Source of the DNA: an uncultured Actinomycetes bacterium
GTDB lineage: Bacteria; Actinomycetota; Thermoleophilia; UBA2241
Reading direction: 5' to 3'
Assembly (NCBI GenBank): GCA_963725665.1
Contig: CAVRZA010000006.1
Span: 288,001 to 352,000 of the forward strand
Length of the DNA: 64,000 bases
Shown here: positions 20,263 through 30,720 of the stretch, one piece after another
Position numbering within the stretch: position 1 is the stretch's first letter
How the letters are laid out: every line of letters starts with the position of its first letter
Position numbers and translations under genes: made by a program
Notes under the pieces: generated by a model
What the model saw: only the letters and a program-made list of their open reading frames with translations
Database searches by the model: none
What the model was told of the DNA's origin: nothing

Positions 20263-21699
20263 ATGACGACTGATGCTGCTCCCCAACCCCGCACTCTCAC
20301 CCCGCGTGTCCGGACCAAGCTGCCCGGTCCCAGGAGCCGAGAGCTGCTGGCCGTGAAGGACAGGGTCTTCTGCGGCCCCTTGCGCGAGGGCGTCGACGTC
20401 CCTTTCGTCATGGCGCGCAAGTCTGACTGGATCATCGAGGACGTCGACGGCAACACGTACGCGGACCACGTCTCGGCTTGGGGCTCCACTCCGCTTGGGG
20501 CCAAGCCTGAGGTCGTCCTCACTGCCACGGCAGAAGCCATGCAGCGCTACGGTATGGAGATCACCGACTACGTGATGAGCGAGCCGCCGCTGGCGCTCGC
20601 CGAACGCCTGCTCGACATCGCGCCGCCCGGGATCGCGCGCGTCGGGCCGAGCATCAGCGGTACGGAGGCCGTCGAGGCCGGCGTGAAGCTCGCCCGCGAA
20701 GCGACAGGCCGCCCCATGATTCTCGGCTTCCACGGTCAGTATCACGGAGAGTCGACCTATCTGACGGCGGCCGCCAGCACCGACCTCTCCGAGGTGAGCA
20801 GCAACAACGCGCAATACGTATCGGGCTTCGTGTTCACTCCGTACCCCAACCGGTTCCGCGCTCCCTTCCATCGTGGGCCCGGACCCTATGACGACACGAT
20901 GTACGTGGATTTCATCGAGGAATGGCTCCTCGTCCACCAGGTTGACCCTGAGCAGATCGCCGGCGTCCTCATCGAGCCAGTGCTCGGCGAGGGAGGCATC
21001 CTCATCCCCTCTCAGGCATTCTGGGACCGGCTGACGGGCCTCTGTCGACGCTTCGGATGGAAGCTGGTCCTCGACGAGGTGCAGACCTGTCTGGGGCGCT
21101 GTGGGACCATGTTCGCCGCCGAGATCTGGGGCCTCGAGCCTGACGTCGTCCTCATGGGCAAGGCCATCGCCGGCGGAGGTCAGCCGATCGCCGCCGTGCT
21201 GGGCACCGAAGAGGTCATGAGCGAGACCGACGTGCAGCCGGGTGGCACCTTCGCGTGGACGCCGGCAGCCTGCGCCGGGGCCTTGGCGAGCATCGACGCG
21301 ATCGTTCGCGATCAGGCCTTGGAGAACGCCCAACGGCTCGAGCAGATCGCTCGCGAGACGCTCGAGCCGCTCGTCGAGCGGTTCGAGCAGGTGGGCGACG
21401 TGCGCGCCATCGGCGCGTGGGTCGGCGTGGAGTTCGTGACAGACAAGGAGAGCATCAGGCCCGCGCCGGCCTTCCACAGCGCCGTGCACCAGGCCCTGGT
21501 GCGACGCGGCGTCCTCGGCATCACCCAGTGGGGCAAATGGGTCTACCGGATGCAGCCGGCGATCAACATGCCGGCGGAGCTCTTCCGCTGGTCGTGTCTG
21601 CAGGTGGCCGATGCCGTCGACGAAGTGTCGAAGGCCCCCCCGCGGGAACCGGGACTGCTCGACCGCTACGTCGGCGGCGAGCGGCGGCGCACCGGCTAG
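20263..21699 (+). CDS. Class III PLP aminotransferase (GabT/PatA-like)
   Basis: LPGPRS, SGTEAVE, YHG, EPVLGEGG, DEVQT.LGR.G, MGKAIAGG, GGTF. Confidence 0.92.
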   Translation: MTTDAAPQPRTLTPRVRTKLPGPRSRELLAVKDRVFCGPLREGVDVPFVMARKSDWIIEDVDGNTYADHVSAWGSTPLGAKPEVVLTATAEAMQRYGMEITDYVMSEPPLALAERLLDIAPPGIARVGPSISGTEAVEAGVKLAREATGRPMILGFHGQYHGESTYLTAAASTDLSEVSSNNAQYVSGFVFTPYPNRFRAPFHRGPGPYDDTMYVDFIEEWLLVHQVDPEQIAGVLIEPVLGEGGILIPSQAFWDRLTGLCRRFGWKLVLDEVQTCLGRCGTMFAAEIWGLEPDVVLMGKAIAGGGQPIAAVLGTEEVMSETDVQPGGTFAWTPAACAGALASIDAIVRDQALENAQRLEQIARETLEPLVERFEQVGDVRAIGAWVGVEFVTDKESIRPAPAFHSAVHQALVRRGVLGITQWGKWVYRMQPAINMPAELFRWSCLQVADAVDEVSKAPPREPGLLDRYVGGERRRTG

Positions 21700-21791
21700 G
21701 CCACCCCGCGATGCGCCTCGCCGGACGCCTCGCGGGCGGCTCACGGCGAAGGCCAGACCCCGCCCATGATAGCCCGGGATCAAAATGGACC

Positions 21792-21830
21792 GAGCCGCGG
21801 CGGGGCGCCTGCGGCGCCCCGCCGCGGCTC
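21792..21830. terminator. Inverted repeat between convergent genes
   Basis: gagccgcggcggggcgcc-tgc-ggcgccccgccgcggctc. Confidence 0.65.
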
Positions 21831-21859
21831 TCGTCACTCACCGTAAGCGGTGCTGCCTG

Positions 21860-23935
21860 CTAGTGCATCGCCCCGATCTGCTCCGGCAGGAGTTCGAGGA
21901 CCGCGGCCATCGCGTTGAGCCGCACGTCGAGCTCGCTCGCCTGCCGATCGCGCTCTTCTTGCAGGTCGTCGATCGCCTGGCTCAGATCGCCGGCCTCGAT
22001 CGCCCGGTACTCGGGCAGCACGTCGATCGGCTGCGGCAGGTGTCCCTGCCCGGCCCAGTTGATCGCCCAGTAGTCGGGGTCGTGGCGGTTCAGCTCGTGG
22101 TAGTACACCACGGGGCTGAAGGTGAGCCCGTACCAGGTGAAGCCGATGCCGGCCAGCGTCTCGAGCGCCGCTGCGGTGTCGGGCGACGGCGCCTGCAACG
22201 CCGCCAGCGCGCTGTTCACGGCCTGCAGGTCCCAGAGTACCTGCTGGTGCGGATAGACAGTGTTGTCGCCCCAGTCGAGGGCGGTGAAGTTGCGGTTGAT
22301 CGCCTTGGCCACCTTCATCAGCAGGCGGCTCGCGTCGGCTCGCGCCCCAGGTGAGATGCTCGCCGCCCGGGCGTCGTACGCGGCCGCTGCATCCTTGAAC
22401 GCCTGCACGGCGCCGGCCAGGCGTGTCGCGGCGGCCGACGATGCGCCCGCCGCTTCCAGCTCGGCGGGGTTGACGGTGCTCTCGATCTGCACGGCGCGCG
22501 CCGTCAAGTTGTACGGCAGCAGCCGCCTGTCGAGCGCGACGCCCACCTTCTGCAGCATCTTCACGCAGGAGGCGAAGTACCGCCAATCGACCTTGGTGAC
22601 ACTGTCGTTGGGCGTGTGGTAGTTCCACGGGTACCACGAGTCGGCAGACGCCCAGAGCGACACAGCGGGGATACCGGCGGCGTTGAAGGGCCAATGGTCG
22701 CTGCCGCAGTCGACGTTGTCGAAGACGTCGGTGGGCCCGTCCGGGCCGACCAAGCTGGGGTTGTTCTCGATGATCTTCTGCATGAGCGGCAGGACTTCGG
22801 AGCTGACGCCGAAGTACATCTGCCCGTCGGGGCTGCCGGCGCCTTCCACGTTGAGCACGCCGGCGACCTTGCCCGGCCAGCTCGCATGGACTTTCGTCGC
22901 CGAGTACCAGGCCCCGTAGCACCAGTCGTACCAGGTGTCTACCTGGCCTCCCTCCTCGCCCGTGGTCGAGAGGAAGACGATCGTGCGCCGCGGCACGTAG
23001 CCCGCCATCTTCATCGCCCTGGCGATGACGAGCTGCGCGACGTCGGCTGTCGTGTTGTCGACGGCGCCCTGGAAGAAGGCGTCGTGGTGAGCGACGAAGA
23101 GGATCTTCTCGCCGTTCTTCACACGGCCGGGGATGACACCAATGACGTTGTAGCCGGTGCCGCCCTCGGTCCCCAACGTGAGCGTGGCGTTCAGCTTCAC
23201 GGTGGCAGTCGTCGGCCCCGCGGCGATCTTCGCCTTCAGCCAGTCGCCCTTAGCGCGCCCGATGTAGACGAGCGGCGCCCAAGAGGGATCGTGCTCGCCG
23301 TCATTGCTGCCAAGGGTGTTCGGGTCCTCGAAGAACGCCGTGTTGTCGATTGACGTCGTGAAGATCAGCGCCTTGGCGCCGCGGATCGTCGCCTCGTGCG
23401 AGGGACAGTTGCTCCAGCAGTCCTGGCTGCCGGGTGAGTGGTCGTCGGTGAAATCCATGAGCACGATCTTGCCCGAGACGTCGCCCAGGGCGTCGAACTC
23501 CGCCGCCGTGCCGCGCCCCGCGTAGACGACCTCGCCGGTGATGCCGCCCTTCGGCGTACCGGCGATGCAGGTGAACGAGGAGGCCTGCATGAGGCGGGTG
23601 CCGACCTTGACGCTGGCGCCCCGAAACTCCCAGGCATCCATGGTGATGGGCTCCAGGTGCACGTTCCTGAGCCCGGCGAGCTGCATCTGTGAGGCCAGAT
23701 AGAGCGAGCACTGGAAATCGGCCCTGCTGCCGCCGGTACGAAAGCCGAGCGGGCTGTCGCCCAGACTGCAGATATAGCGCTCTACCCGCTGTGGGAAGCC
23801 TCGCTGCAACAGGATGTCGACCGCACGGTCGAGGCTCGGCCTCGACGATGCCAGGGTCGGCGGCGGCGCTGCGAGGAGTGTCGTGAAGATCAGTAGGAAC
23901 ACCGTGATCGGCAGGGTTGTGCGGGATCGGCCCAT
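21860..23935 (-). CDS. Secreted M28-family peptidase with PA domain
   Basis: Signal peptide, VAHHD, GAVDN, GEE, LNVE, SDHWPF, YHTPND. Confidence 0.87.
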   Translation of the reverse strand: MGRSRTTLPITVFLLIFTTLLAAPPPTLASSRPSLDRAVDILLQRGFPQRVERYICSLGDSPLGFRTGGSRADFQCSLYLASQMQLAGLRNVHLEPITMDAWEFRGASVKVGTRLMQASSFTCIAGTPKGGITGEVVYAGRGTAAEFDALGDVSGKIVLMDFTDDHSPGSQDCWSNCPSHEATIRGAKALIFTTSIDNTAFFEDPNTLGSNDGEHDPSWAPLVYIGRAKGDWLKAKIAAGPTTATVKLNATLTLGTEGGTGYNVIGVIPGRVKNGEKILFVAHHDAFFQGAVDNTTADVAQLVIARAMKMAGYVPRRTIVFLSTTGEEGGQVDTWYDWCYGAWYSATKVHASWPGKVAGVLNVEGAGSPDGQMYFGVSSEVLPLMQKIIENNPSLVGPDGPTDVFDNVDCGSDHWPFNAAGIPAVSLWASADSWYPWNYHTPNDSVTKVDWRYFASCVKMLQKVGVALDRRLLPYNLTARAVQIESTVNPAELEAAGASSAAATRLAGAVQAFKDAAAAYDARAASISPGARADASRLLMKVAKAINRNFTALDWGDNTVYPHQQVLWDLQAVNSALAALQAPSPDTAAALETLAGIGFTWYGLTFSPVVYYHELNRHDPDYWAINWAGQGHLPQPIDVLPEYRAIEAGDLSQAIDDLQEERDRQASELDVRLNAMAAVLELLPEQIGAMH

Positions 23936-23956
23936 GGCTACCTCCCGAGTAGGGTT

Positions 23957-24010
23957 GGTCGGGCGGGGCCGTCGCGAGCGGCGCGCCGCTCGCGACGGCC
24001 CCGCCCGACC
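23957..24010. repeat. Perfect 54-bp palindrome upstream of the M28 peptidase gene
   Basis: 27-bp arms with no spacer, between the operator motif at 24045 and the SD. Confidence 0.8.
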
Positions 24011-24044
24011 GTCACCCTATCTCCGCGCCACGTCGTCGTCAACG

Positions 24045-24057
24045 ATAGACTGTCGAC
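24045..24057. promoter_or_regulatory. Putative GntR operator
   Basis: ATAGACTGTCGAC. Confidence 0.55.
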
Positions 24058-24131
24058 AATCGTTTTGAGCAGCTCGGCGCCACAGGATCATCAGCCGGGA
24101 CAGGCCCGCCGACCCCTCTCGAGGTCCCACC

Positions 24132-25175
24132 CTAGGCCATAGGCCGCGTCATGACGGCGGCGAGCGCGGCAGCCGCTTCCTCGACGGCGTCATCATCGAT
24201 GTGCAGATGGGTGACGAACCTAATGCCGTACGGGTTCGGGTCGCCGAGCACGCCGCGTTCGGCAAGTCGCTCGGTGATCTCTTCGGCGGAACGGCCAGAC
24301 GGTGTGGTGTCGGCCAACACCATGTTCGTCTGCACCCGCTCCGGCTCCACCGCCAGGCCATCGATGCGAGCCAGCAGCGTAGCGAGACGGCGCGCGCGCC
24401 GGTGGTCGTCGGCAAGCCGGTCGATGTTGTGTTCGAGAGCGAAAAGCCCGGCTGCGGCAACGATGCCCGCCTGGCGCATCGCCCCGCCGAACTGCGCTCG
24501 ATACCGCAGCGCGCGCCGCAGGACTGTCGAGTCGCCGACGAGTAGCGAACCGACCGGCGCCCCCAGCCCTTTCGAGAGGCAGAAGCTCACCGTGTCGCAG
24601 AGAGCGGCGATCTCCGCTACCGGCGTCCCGGTGGCGACCGACGCGTTGAAGATGCGCGCGCCGTCGAGGTGGAGCCTCATCCCGTGACTGTCGCAGAAGG
24701 CGCGCACTTGGCGCATCCTTTCCAGCGGGTAGACCAACCCCCCGCACGCGTTGTGGGTGTTCTCCAGCACCACGGCGCGCGTAACGGCGTCGGTCTCGTC
24801 CTCGTCGGTCTGCACCCAGGGCTCCATCTCCACCGGATCGAGCGTGCCGTCAGGCGAGTCGAAGCAGTGAGCCTGGAGGCCGCAGAGGGCGGCCGAGGCT
24901 CCCATGGAGTACAGCTCTATGTACGAGCGGGCGTGCAGGAAGATGACCTCGCTGGGGTTCGTCAGAGCGCGAAGGCCCACGTGGTTTGCCATCGTGCCGG
25001 TAGGAAAGAAGACGGCGGCCTCCTTGCCGAACAGGTCCGCGGAGTACTCCTGCAGCCGGTTGACGGTCGGGTCCTCACCCGACTCGTCGTCGCCGACCTC
25101 AGCTTCGAACATGGCCCTCCGCATCTCTTGGCTGGGCAGGGTCTTGGTGTCGCTTCGCAGATCGATGGGGCGCAT
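24132..25175 (-). CDS. ltaE: Low-specificity L-threonine aldolase
   Basis: DLRSDT, GTMAN, ENTHN, HLDGARIFNA, CLSKGLGAPVG, GGAMRQAG. Confidence 0.93.
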   Translation of the reverse strand: MRPIDLRSDTKTLPSQEMRRAMFEAEVGDDESGEDPTVNRLQEYSADLFGKEAAVFFPTGTMANHVGLRALTNPSEVIFLHARSYIELYSMGASAALCGLQAHCFDSPDGTLDPVEMEPWVQTDEDETDAVTRAVVLENTHNACGGLVYPLERMRQVRAFCDSHGMRLHLDGARIFNASVATGTPVAEIAALCDTVSFCLSKGLGAPVGSLLVGDSTVLRRALRYRAQFGGAMRQAGIVAAAGLFALEHNIDRLADDHRRARRLATLLARIDGLAVEPERVQTNMVLADTTPSGRSAEEITERLAERGVLGDPNPYGIRFVTHLHIDDDAVEEAAAALAAVMTRPMA

Positions 25176-25261
25176 CCTTCGCTCCTCGGTCGAGACCGGC
25201 TCGGGGGCCGAATCACCTCACATCCGGCGCCTCCTGAATGCTCTCGGGTATGATGTCGTCA

Positions 25262-25274
25262 GTCAACAGTCAAC
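25262..25274. promoter_or_regulatory. Putative GntR operator between divergent ltaE and SDR
   Basis: GTCAACAGTCAAC. Confidence 0.5.
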
Positions 25275-25293
25275 TGGCATGAGGAGTCGGTCG

Positions 25294-26055
25294 ATGGCAA
25301 GGTTCACGGACAAGGTGGCGCTGATCACGGGCGGCACGCGGGGCATTGGGTATGCGACCGCCGCACTCTTCGCCCGAGAGGGCGCGGGAGTAGTCATCTG
25401 CGGCCGTGATGAAAGGCGCCTGACAACGGCCACGGCGGAGCTCGAGACACAGGGCGGGCCTGTAGCCGGCGTCCGTTGCGACGTCGGTTCCGAGCAGGAC
25501 GTCGAGCGACTCTTCTCGGAAGTCCTGGACCTCTTTGGAGGCCTCGACGTTTGCGTCTGCAACGCCGGAATCGAGACGGACGAAGAGTTCACGATCTTCG
25601 ACCTGCCGCCGGCGGTCTTCGACGAGAACATGCGGACCAACGTGCGCGGCGTCTACCTGACATCCCAGGGCGCGGCGAGGACGATGAAGGGCACCGGAGG
25701 CGCCATCGTCATCGTCGGTTCGTCGAGCGGCATCATCGCCGATGTCACCGCCCCCTCTCCCACGTACGATGCGACCAAGGCCGCCGTGCACATGTTCGCG
25801 AAGGCCCTCGCCCTCGAGCTGGCGCCGTACGGCATCAGGGTGAACGCGGTCGCCCCAGGCTGGATCGAGACCGACATGACGGCCGTCGAGGCGGACGACC
25901 CCGAAGTGGTCGCAAGCTGGCTCGAGCGCATCCCGCTCCGCCGTCTAGGGCAGCCCGATGAGGTCGCCGAGGTCATCGCCTTCCTGGCGAGCGAGCGGGC
26001 TTCGTACATGACGGGCTCGGTTGTCACCGTCGACGGCGGCGAGACCGTCATCTGA
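25294..26055 (+). CDS. Short-chain dehydrogenase/reductase
   Basis: TGGTRGIG, CNAG, YDATK, NAVAPG, VDGG. Confidence 0.92.
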   Translation: MARFTDKVALITGGTRGIGYATAALFAREGAGVVICGRDERRLTTATAELETQGGPVAGVRCDVGSEQDVERLFSEVLDLFGGLDVCVCNAGIETDEEFTIFDLPPAVFDENMRTNVRGVYLTSQGAARTMKGTGGAIVIVGSSSGIIADVTAPSPTYDATKAAVHMFAKALALELAPYGIRVNAVAPGWIETDMTAVEADDPEVVASWLERIPLRRLGQPDEVAEVIAFLASERASYMTGSVVTVDGGETVI

Positions 26056-26057
26056 AG

Positions 26058-26112
26058 GACCGGACCCTCGTCGCGGGTGGCTCCTGAGCCACCCGCCGCC
26101 GAGGGTCCGGTC
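26058..26112. terminator. Long imperfect inverted repeat between convergent genes
   Basis: gaccggaccctcg...gcgggtggctc/gagccacccgc...cgagggtccggtc. Confidence 0.6.
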
Positions 26113-26145
26113 TACAGCATGACCCACGTCGGGGACTCTGTCGTT

Positions 26146-27279
26146 CTAGCCCTTCTTGAACGCCTGCCAGACACGCAGCCACTCGTCGTAGTTGTCGGGG
26201 ATCACGAGCGGGATCGCCTGCTGCAACTGCTCGGGCTTGTCGAGGCCGATGCTCTTGACGAGCTTCGGCGAGAGCAAGGCGGGTGCGTCGGTGTTGAACA
26301 CCCAGTACGTGTAGTTCTTCGCGTACCAAGCTTCCGGCGGCGCCGAGTTGTAGTAGTTGATCAGACCGTACGCGTTGTCGAGGTTGGCGCTCTCGGAGCT
26401 GACACCGAAACCGCAGATCCAGGCGAGGGCTCCCTCCTCCGGAATGACGTACTTGGCCGGCAGACCCTCGCGGGCGAGGGTGACACCGTAGTCGTGCCAG
26501 GCGAACCCCGCCACGATCTCGCCCGTCTTGTAAAGGTTGACGAAGTTGGCGTCGCCGCTGAAGAAGGTGCGGAGCTGGCTCTTGTGGGCGATGAGGTAGT
26601 CCTGCACCTTCTGCAGGTCGGCGTCGGTCAGGTGGAACGGGTCCTTGTATCCGAGGGCGAGAGCGGCGATGGGGATGCCCGTCGCCGGCGTGTCCTCGAT
26701 CGTTATCTTGCCTTTGAGCGCGGGGTCCTCGAACAGAGCCTTCCACGAGGTCACGCCGCCCGGGATCACCTCAGGGTTGTAGAGCACACCCCCCGTCCCG
26801 CCCGTCGTCGGCACCATGTAGACCTTGCCGTCGATGACCACCCCGCCGAGCTCGCGAACACTCGGTATCACCTTGCCCCATTCGGCGATGCGGCTCGTGT
26901 CGATGGGTTGCAGCAGGCCAAGCCTCACCATGCGCGGCGTCTCCTCGACGCAGACGTGCAGCACGTCGGCCTTGAAGCCGGCGCGCAGCTTGGCAACAGC
27001 CTCGTCGTTGGTGCTGAAGGCGGCCTTGCGCACCGTCAGGTCGGGGTTGGCCTTCTGGAAGGGCCCGAGGATCTGGGGGATGAGCGCGTCTTCGTAGGCG
27101 AACACACCGACGGTACCTCCGAGGGGACCCGTCGGAGCGGCAGAGGGTGAGGTCGATGGCGAAGGCGTCGAGGTCGTGCCGCCGCAGCTCGTCAGAGCGA
27201 GGGCGGCGAGGAGACCCACACAGAAGGCAAGAGGAAGTGGCAACACACGCGCTGGCGTGACTCGCTTCGAGACGTCCAT
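26146..27279 (-). CDS. PotD-like ABC substrate-binding lipoprotein
   Basis: Lipobox LTSC, SWKALF.DP..KG, PEEG..AW, AY..INY. Confidence 0.87.
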   Translation of the reverse strand: MDVSKRVTPARVLPLPLAFCVGLLAALALTSCGGTTSTPSPSTSPSAAPTGPLGGTVGVFAYEDALIPQILGPFQKANPDLTVRKAAFSTNDEAVAKLRAGFKADVLHVCVEETPRMVRLGLLQPIDTSRIAEWGKVIPSVRELGGVVIDGKVYMVPTTGGTGGVLYNPEVIPGGVTSWKALFEDPALKGKITIEDTPATGIPIAALALGYKDPFHLTDADLQKVQDYLIAHKSQLRTFFSGDANFVNLYKTGEIVAGFAWHDYGVTLAREGLPAKYVIPEEGALAWICGFGVSSESANLDNAYGLINYYNSAPPEAWYAKNYTYWVFNTDAPALLSPKLVKSIGLDKPEQLQQAIPLVIPDNYDEWLRVWQAFKKG

Positions 27280-27327
27280 GGGCTGGCCTCCTCGTAGGGC
27301 TGCGTTTGCTGGGTACTCAGGGACCGG

Positions 27328-28134
27328 TCAACCGCCTCCTCCCCGTCGCCGTGACAGGTAATCGTCGACCATGCGCACGAGCCGGGCGCGGCCGAAGCTC
27401 GCGTAGTGCCCCGGGTGCACCGCCCGCACTGGCAGGTCGCGAAGGCGCTCCATGGTCGTCACGTAGGCCTCCGCGTCCGACCCGGGGAGATCGTCGAGGA
27501 GCGGACCCTGGTAGACGGCATCCCCCGAGAACAGTCTGCCCGTCTGCTCCTCCCAGAGGCCGATGCTCCCCGGCGAGTGACCGGGGAAGTGAAGGACGAC
27601 GAACCAGCGGTCACCGAGGTCGATCGCGTCTCCTTCGTCCAGGAGTCGCGTCGGCGGAGCCGGCGTGATCTTGTACGACGCCGGCTCGAACGACACCGTG
27701 GGGAGAGCGCTCAAGAGTACCTCCGGAAGCCTGTAGCCGGCCTCCTCCATGCCGCGCAGGAACTCCTCGCCGAAGGCCGACCTGACCAGCGCAGCGTCGT
27801 CACTCGCCAGCGCGAGCTCGGATGCTTCCGCCCGGTGGACCAGCCGGTCCTCGAACTCGTGCGCGCCGCCCATGTGGTCGGAGTGGGTGTGGGTGGCGAC
27901 AGCGATCACCGGTCTGCCGCGCCCGCCGGCGAGGTCTTCGATCGTGGGCCGCAGCGGCGCGATGCCGTTGCCGGTATCGACCAGGAGATCGGCGTCACGC
28001 CCGCGCACGTGCCAGATGTTGGCGCGCAGGAACTCGTCGACGTGCGGTTCGGTGATGAGCGTGACGCCGTCGCCGACCGCTACCGCGGAGAACCAGGTGC
28101 CGGCGACAGGAAGCCGATGCGGCGGCCGGCTCAC
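27328..28134 (-). CDS. Metallo-beta-lactamase-fold hydrolase
   Basis: VDTG, THTHSDHMG, PGHSPG, SGD, PGH. Confidence 0.9.
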   Translation of the reverse strand: MSRPPHRLPVAGTWFSAVAVGDGVTLITEPHVDEFLRANIWHVRGRDADLLVDTGNGIAPLRPTIEDLAGGRGRPVIAVATHTHSDHMGGAHEFEDRLVHRAEASELALASDDAALVRSAFGEEFLRGMEEAGYRLPEVLLSALPTVSFEPASYKITPAPPTRLLDEGDAIDLGDRWFVVLHFPGHSPGSIGLWEEQTGRLFSGDAVYQGPLLDDLPGSDAEAYVTTMERLRDLPVRAVHPGHYASFGRARLVRMVDDYLSRRRGGGG

Positions 28135-28176
28135 GAGCGCTGCGACCCATCGGCGCGGACGGAGCCCATCAACGTA

Positions 28177-28977
28177 CTACGGCTCCGGAACCGGCGGGTT
28201 GTCGGCCGGGTCGAACCACTCGCCGGTGAGCTCGCCGCCGTCGACAAGGATCGTCTCGCCGTTGATGTAGGACGCCTCATCCGAGGCCAGGAAGAGCACC
28301 ACGCTCGCCTGTTCCTCGGGGCGGGCGGGCCGACGAAGGGGCACCCGGCTGCAGTACTCGACGAATTCGCGGTGGTACTCCTCGCTCGTGAGCTCCTCCT
28401 CCGCCTCGGGCGTCCAGGTCTGTCCCGGCGCGACGCAGTTCGCGCGCACGCCTAGATGGCCTAGCTCGTGGGCGAAGCAGCGAGTCATCATCACGAGGGC
28501 CGCCTTGGACGAGTTGTAGTTGGCGGCCGGAGACTCGACGCGGAACGCGTTGGCGGAGGCGATGTTGATGATGATGCCGCCGCCGCTCTCGGCCATGTGA
28601 CGCGCCGCTACCTGGCTCGCGTAGAAGGGCCCGTCGAGGTTCACCGCGTAGGTGTCGCGCCAAGTCTGCTCGGTGATCTCCAACACCGGCCCGTAGGGCA
28701 TGATGGCGGCGTTGTTGACGAGAGCGTGCACGCGGCCCATGGCGGCGACCGCGTCGCGGACCATCTGCCGGGCCTGCTCGGGGACGCCGACATCGACGAC
28801 CGCCACCCGGACTCTCTCCGGGGCGGAGGACGAGGTGCGCATACGGTCTAGTCGCTCGCCCCGGCGAGCGACTGCATACACCTGCGCGCCCTCGTCGACG
28901 AAGGCGTGAGCGATGGCCCAGCCGATGCCGCTCGAAGCCCCGGTAACGATGACGTTCTTGTCTTCGAATCGCCGCAT
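28177..28977 (-). CDS. Short-chain dehydrogenase/reductase
   Basis: TGASSGIG, NNA, YNSSK, VAPG, VDGG. Confidence 0.92.
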   Translation of the reverse strand: MRRFEDKNVIVTGASSGIGWAIAHAFVDEGAQVYAVARRGERLDRMRTSSSAPERVRVAVVDVGVPEQARQMVRDAVAAMGRVHALVNNAAIMPYGPVLEITEQTWRDTYAVNLDGPFYASQVAARHMAESGGGIIINIASANAFRVESPAANYNSSKAALVMMTRCFAHELGHLGVRANCVAPGQTWTPEAEEELTSEEYHREFVEYCSRVPLRRPARPEEQASVVLFLASDEASYINGETILVDGGELTGEWFDPADNPPVPEP

Positions 28978-29053
28978 GCTCAGCCTCCTTACCGTCGCCA
29001 GCGACCAGTCTCGTCGCGCTACGTCGTCCGACTCGTGCGTCGCCGCCGCGTTC

Positions 29054-29897
29054 TCAGCCCACCTCAGGATAGTGAAGCGGCAGACCTGCGACGCCGACGT
29101 CGCCGACGAGCAGGTGCACTTCGCCGACGTTGGCAACCACCATGCAGCCGCAGGTCGGGCCCGGCGAACGCCATATTCGTGGGGGCGTTCAGAGCGATGC
29201 CCTGGGGATCGTCGGCGAGGATCTCAGCCCGTCCGTCCGGCGACACGCGATAGATGCGGTCGGGTCGGTAGCAGGCGACGTAGAGGTTGCCCTCGTCGTC
29301 GAGCGCAAGACCGTCGGGGACGGTGCCCGGCAGCTCCACGACGAGCTCTGGCCGGCCGGCCGAGCCGTCCGGAAGGATAGGGATGCGCGACACGCCCGGC
29401 AGGTACGACTCAGCCACGAGGAGCGCCCGGCCATCGGCGCTCAGGCAGCAGCCGTTGGGGTAGCGCGGCAGGTCGCGCGACCACACCACCGTCTCGCCGC
29501 CGGGAGCGACGCGCAGAATGCAGCCGTTGTCTTCCTGCGTCTCGCCGGAATCGGTCACGTACAGGTTGCCGCCGGCATCGAAGGCCGCGTAGTTGGGCTC
29601 GATCATCGCCTGTCCCGGCGCGCCCGCGGAGTACGCCTCCACCGTTCCCGTCCGAGGGTCGACGCGCACGACCTCGCAACGCCCGCAGTCGCAGGCGTAC
29701 ACGCGCCCCAAGCCGTCGAGCGTCACACCCAGGAGCTCGCCGCCGGTGTCGCCCACCTGCTCGACCTCTCCATCGAGTGCGACAGCGTAGATCTGGCCCG
29801 CCTCACCGCCCGCGTAGAGGCACCCGGCGACCGGGCTCCAGGCAACACCCTCGGGGTGGTCGAGGTCCTCGGCGAGGAGGGTGAACGGCTGCGGCAT
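29054..29897 (-). CDS. SMP-30/gluconolactonase family protein (frameshift near 29145)
   Basis: PEG, PN..F, PNG, PDGL.LD..GNLY, PTN.AFAG; C-terminus VVANVG...LHYPEVG continues in another frame. Confidence 0.83.
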
Positions 29898-29938
29898 AGC
29901 GCTCGCCTGCCTTTCTCGGTCGGGTTTGCGCGAGGCCG

Positions 29939-30395
29939 TCAGGCCTCGCCGCGCAGCCGCTTCATGGCCTTCTTGACCGCGTCGCTGTCGACCGCCATCT
30001 CGACGAGGCCGACCTGCTCCTCGTAGACGGCCGGGTCGACCTGTGCGCGAACGTCGTTCTCGAAGATGTGCACGACTGGGAGTCCCAACTGGACTCCTGC
30101 CAATGGACCCACGTAGGCGGGATCGCCCTCGGTCACTGTCTCGGTCACCATCTCGATCCCGTCGAGTCGGCCGCTCCGAGCACGACGACGAGATCGTCGC
30201 CGCCGTGCCGCTCGACCGTGCTCTTGATGCGGCCCTGGTTCTCGGGGTCCATCGCGCCGGCCGCCGTTCAGACGAAGCACTCCGTCTCGATCATCACGAC
30301 GTCGGCACCGGCCGTGCGCAAGCAGTCGGCGATCGCCTCGCCCGAGACGCTGTCCCGTTCGCCCAGGGCGATCACCTTCTTGCCTTGAGTTCCAT
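29939..30395 (-). CDS. grdA: Glycine/sarcosine/betaine reductase selenoprotein A; Sec at TGA 30268-30270; two 1-nt deletions
   Basis: Reconstructed KKVIALGERD..SG.AI..C...ETECFV-U-TAAGAMD.ENQ..IK...GDPAYVGPLAGVQLGL; CxxU motif; deletions near 30383 and 30165. Confidence 0.9.
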
Positions 30396-30720
30396 CTAGT
30401 CACCTCCCTCCACGAGCTCGGTGACGGCTGCGCTCGATCTCGACGGCAGTCGGACTGCCGGTCAGGCGCTTCACTTCCTCACCGTCACGATAGAGCACAA
30501 AAGTCGGCAGGCCGAAGACCTTCAGGTCGCGGCAGATCTGCCGGTTCTCGTTCGCGTTGACCTTGACGAGCCTGATACGGCCCGCGAGCCGTTCCTCGAG
30601 CTGCTCGACGGCCGGCATGAGCGCCAGACACGGCGCACAGCGCGGGCCCCAGAAGTCCACCAGCACGACGCCGTCGGCGACGAGCCCCCGGTAGGTGTCG
30701 ACGGTTGCCTCGGTTGCCAT
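30396..30720 (-). CDS. trxA: Thioredoxin (probable frameshift near 30433)
   Basis: VDFWGPRCAPC, GLPTF; corrected C-terminus EIEAAVTELVEGD-like ending at TAG 30396-30398. Confidence 0.88.
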
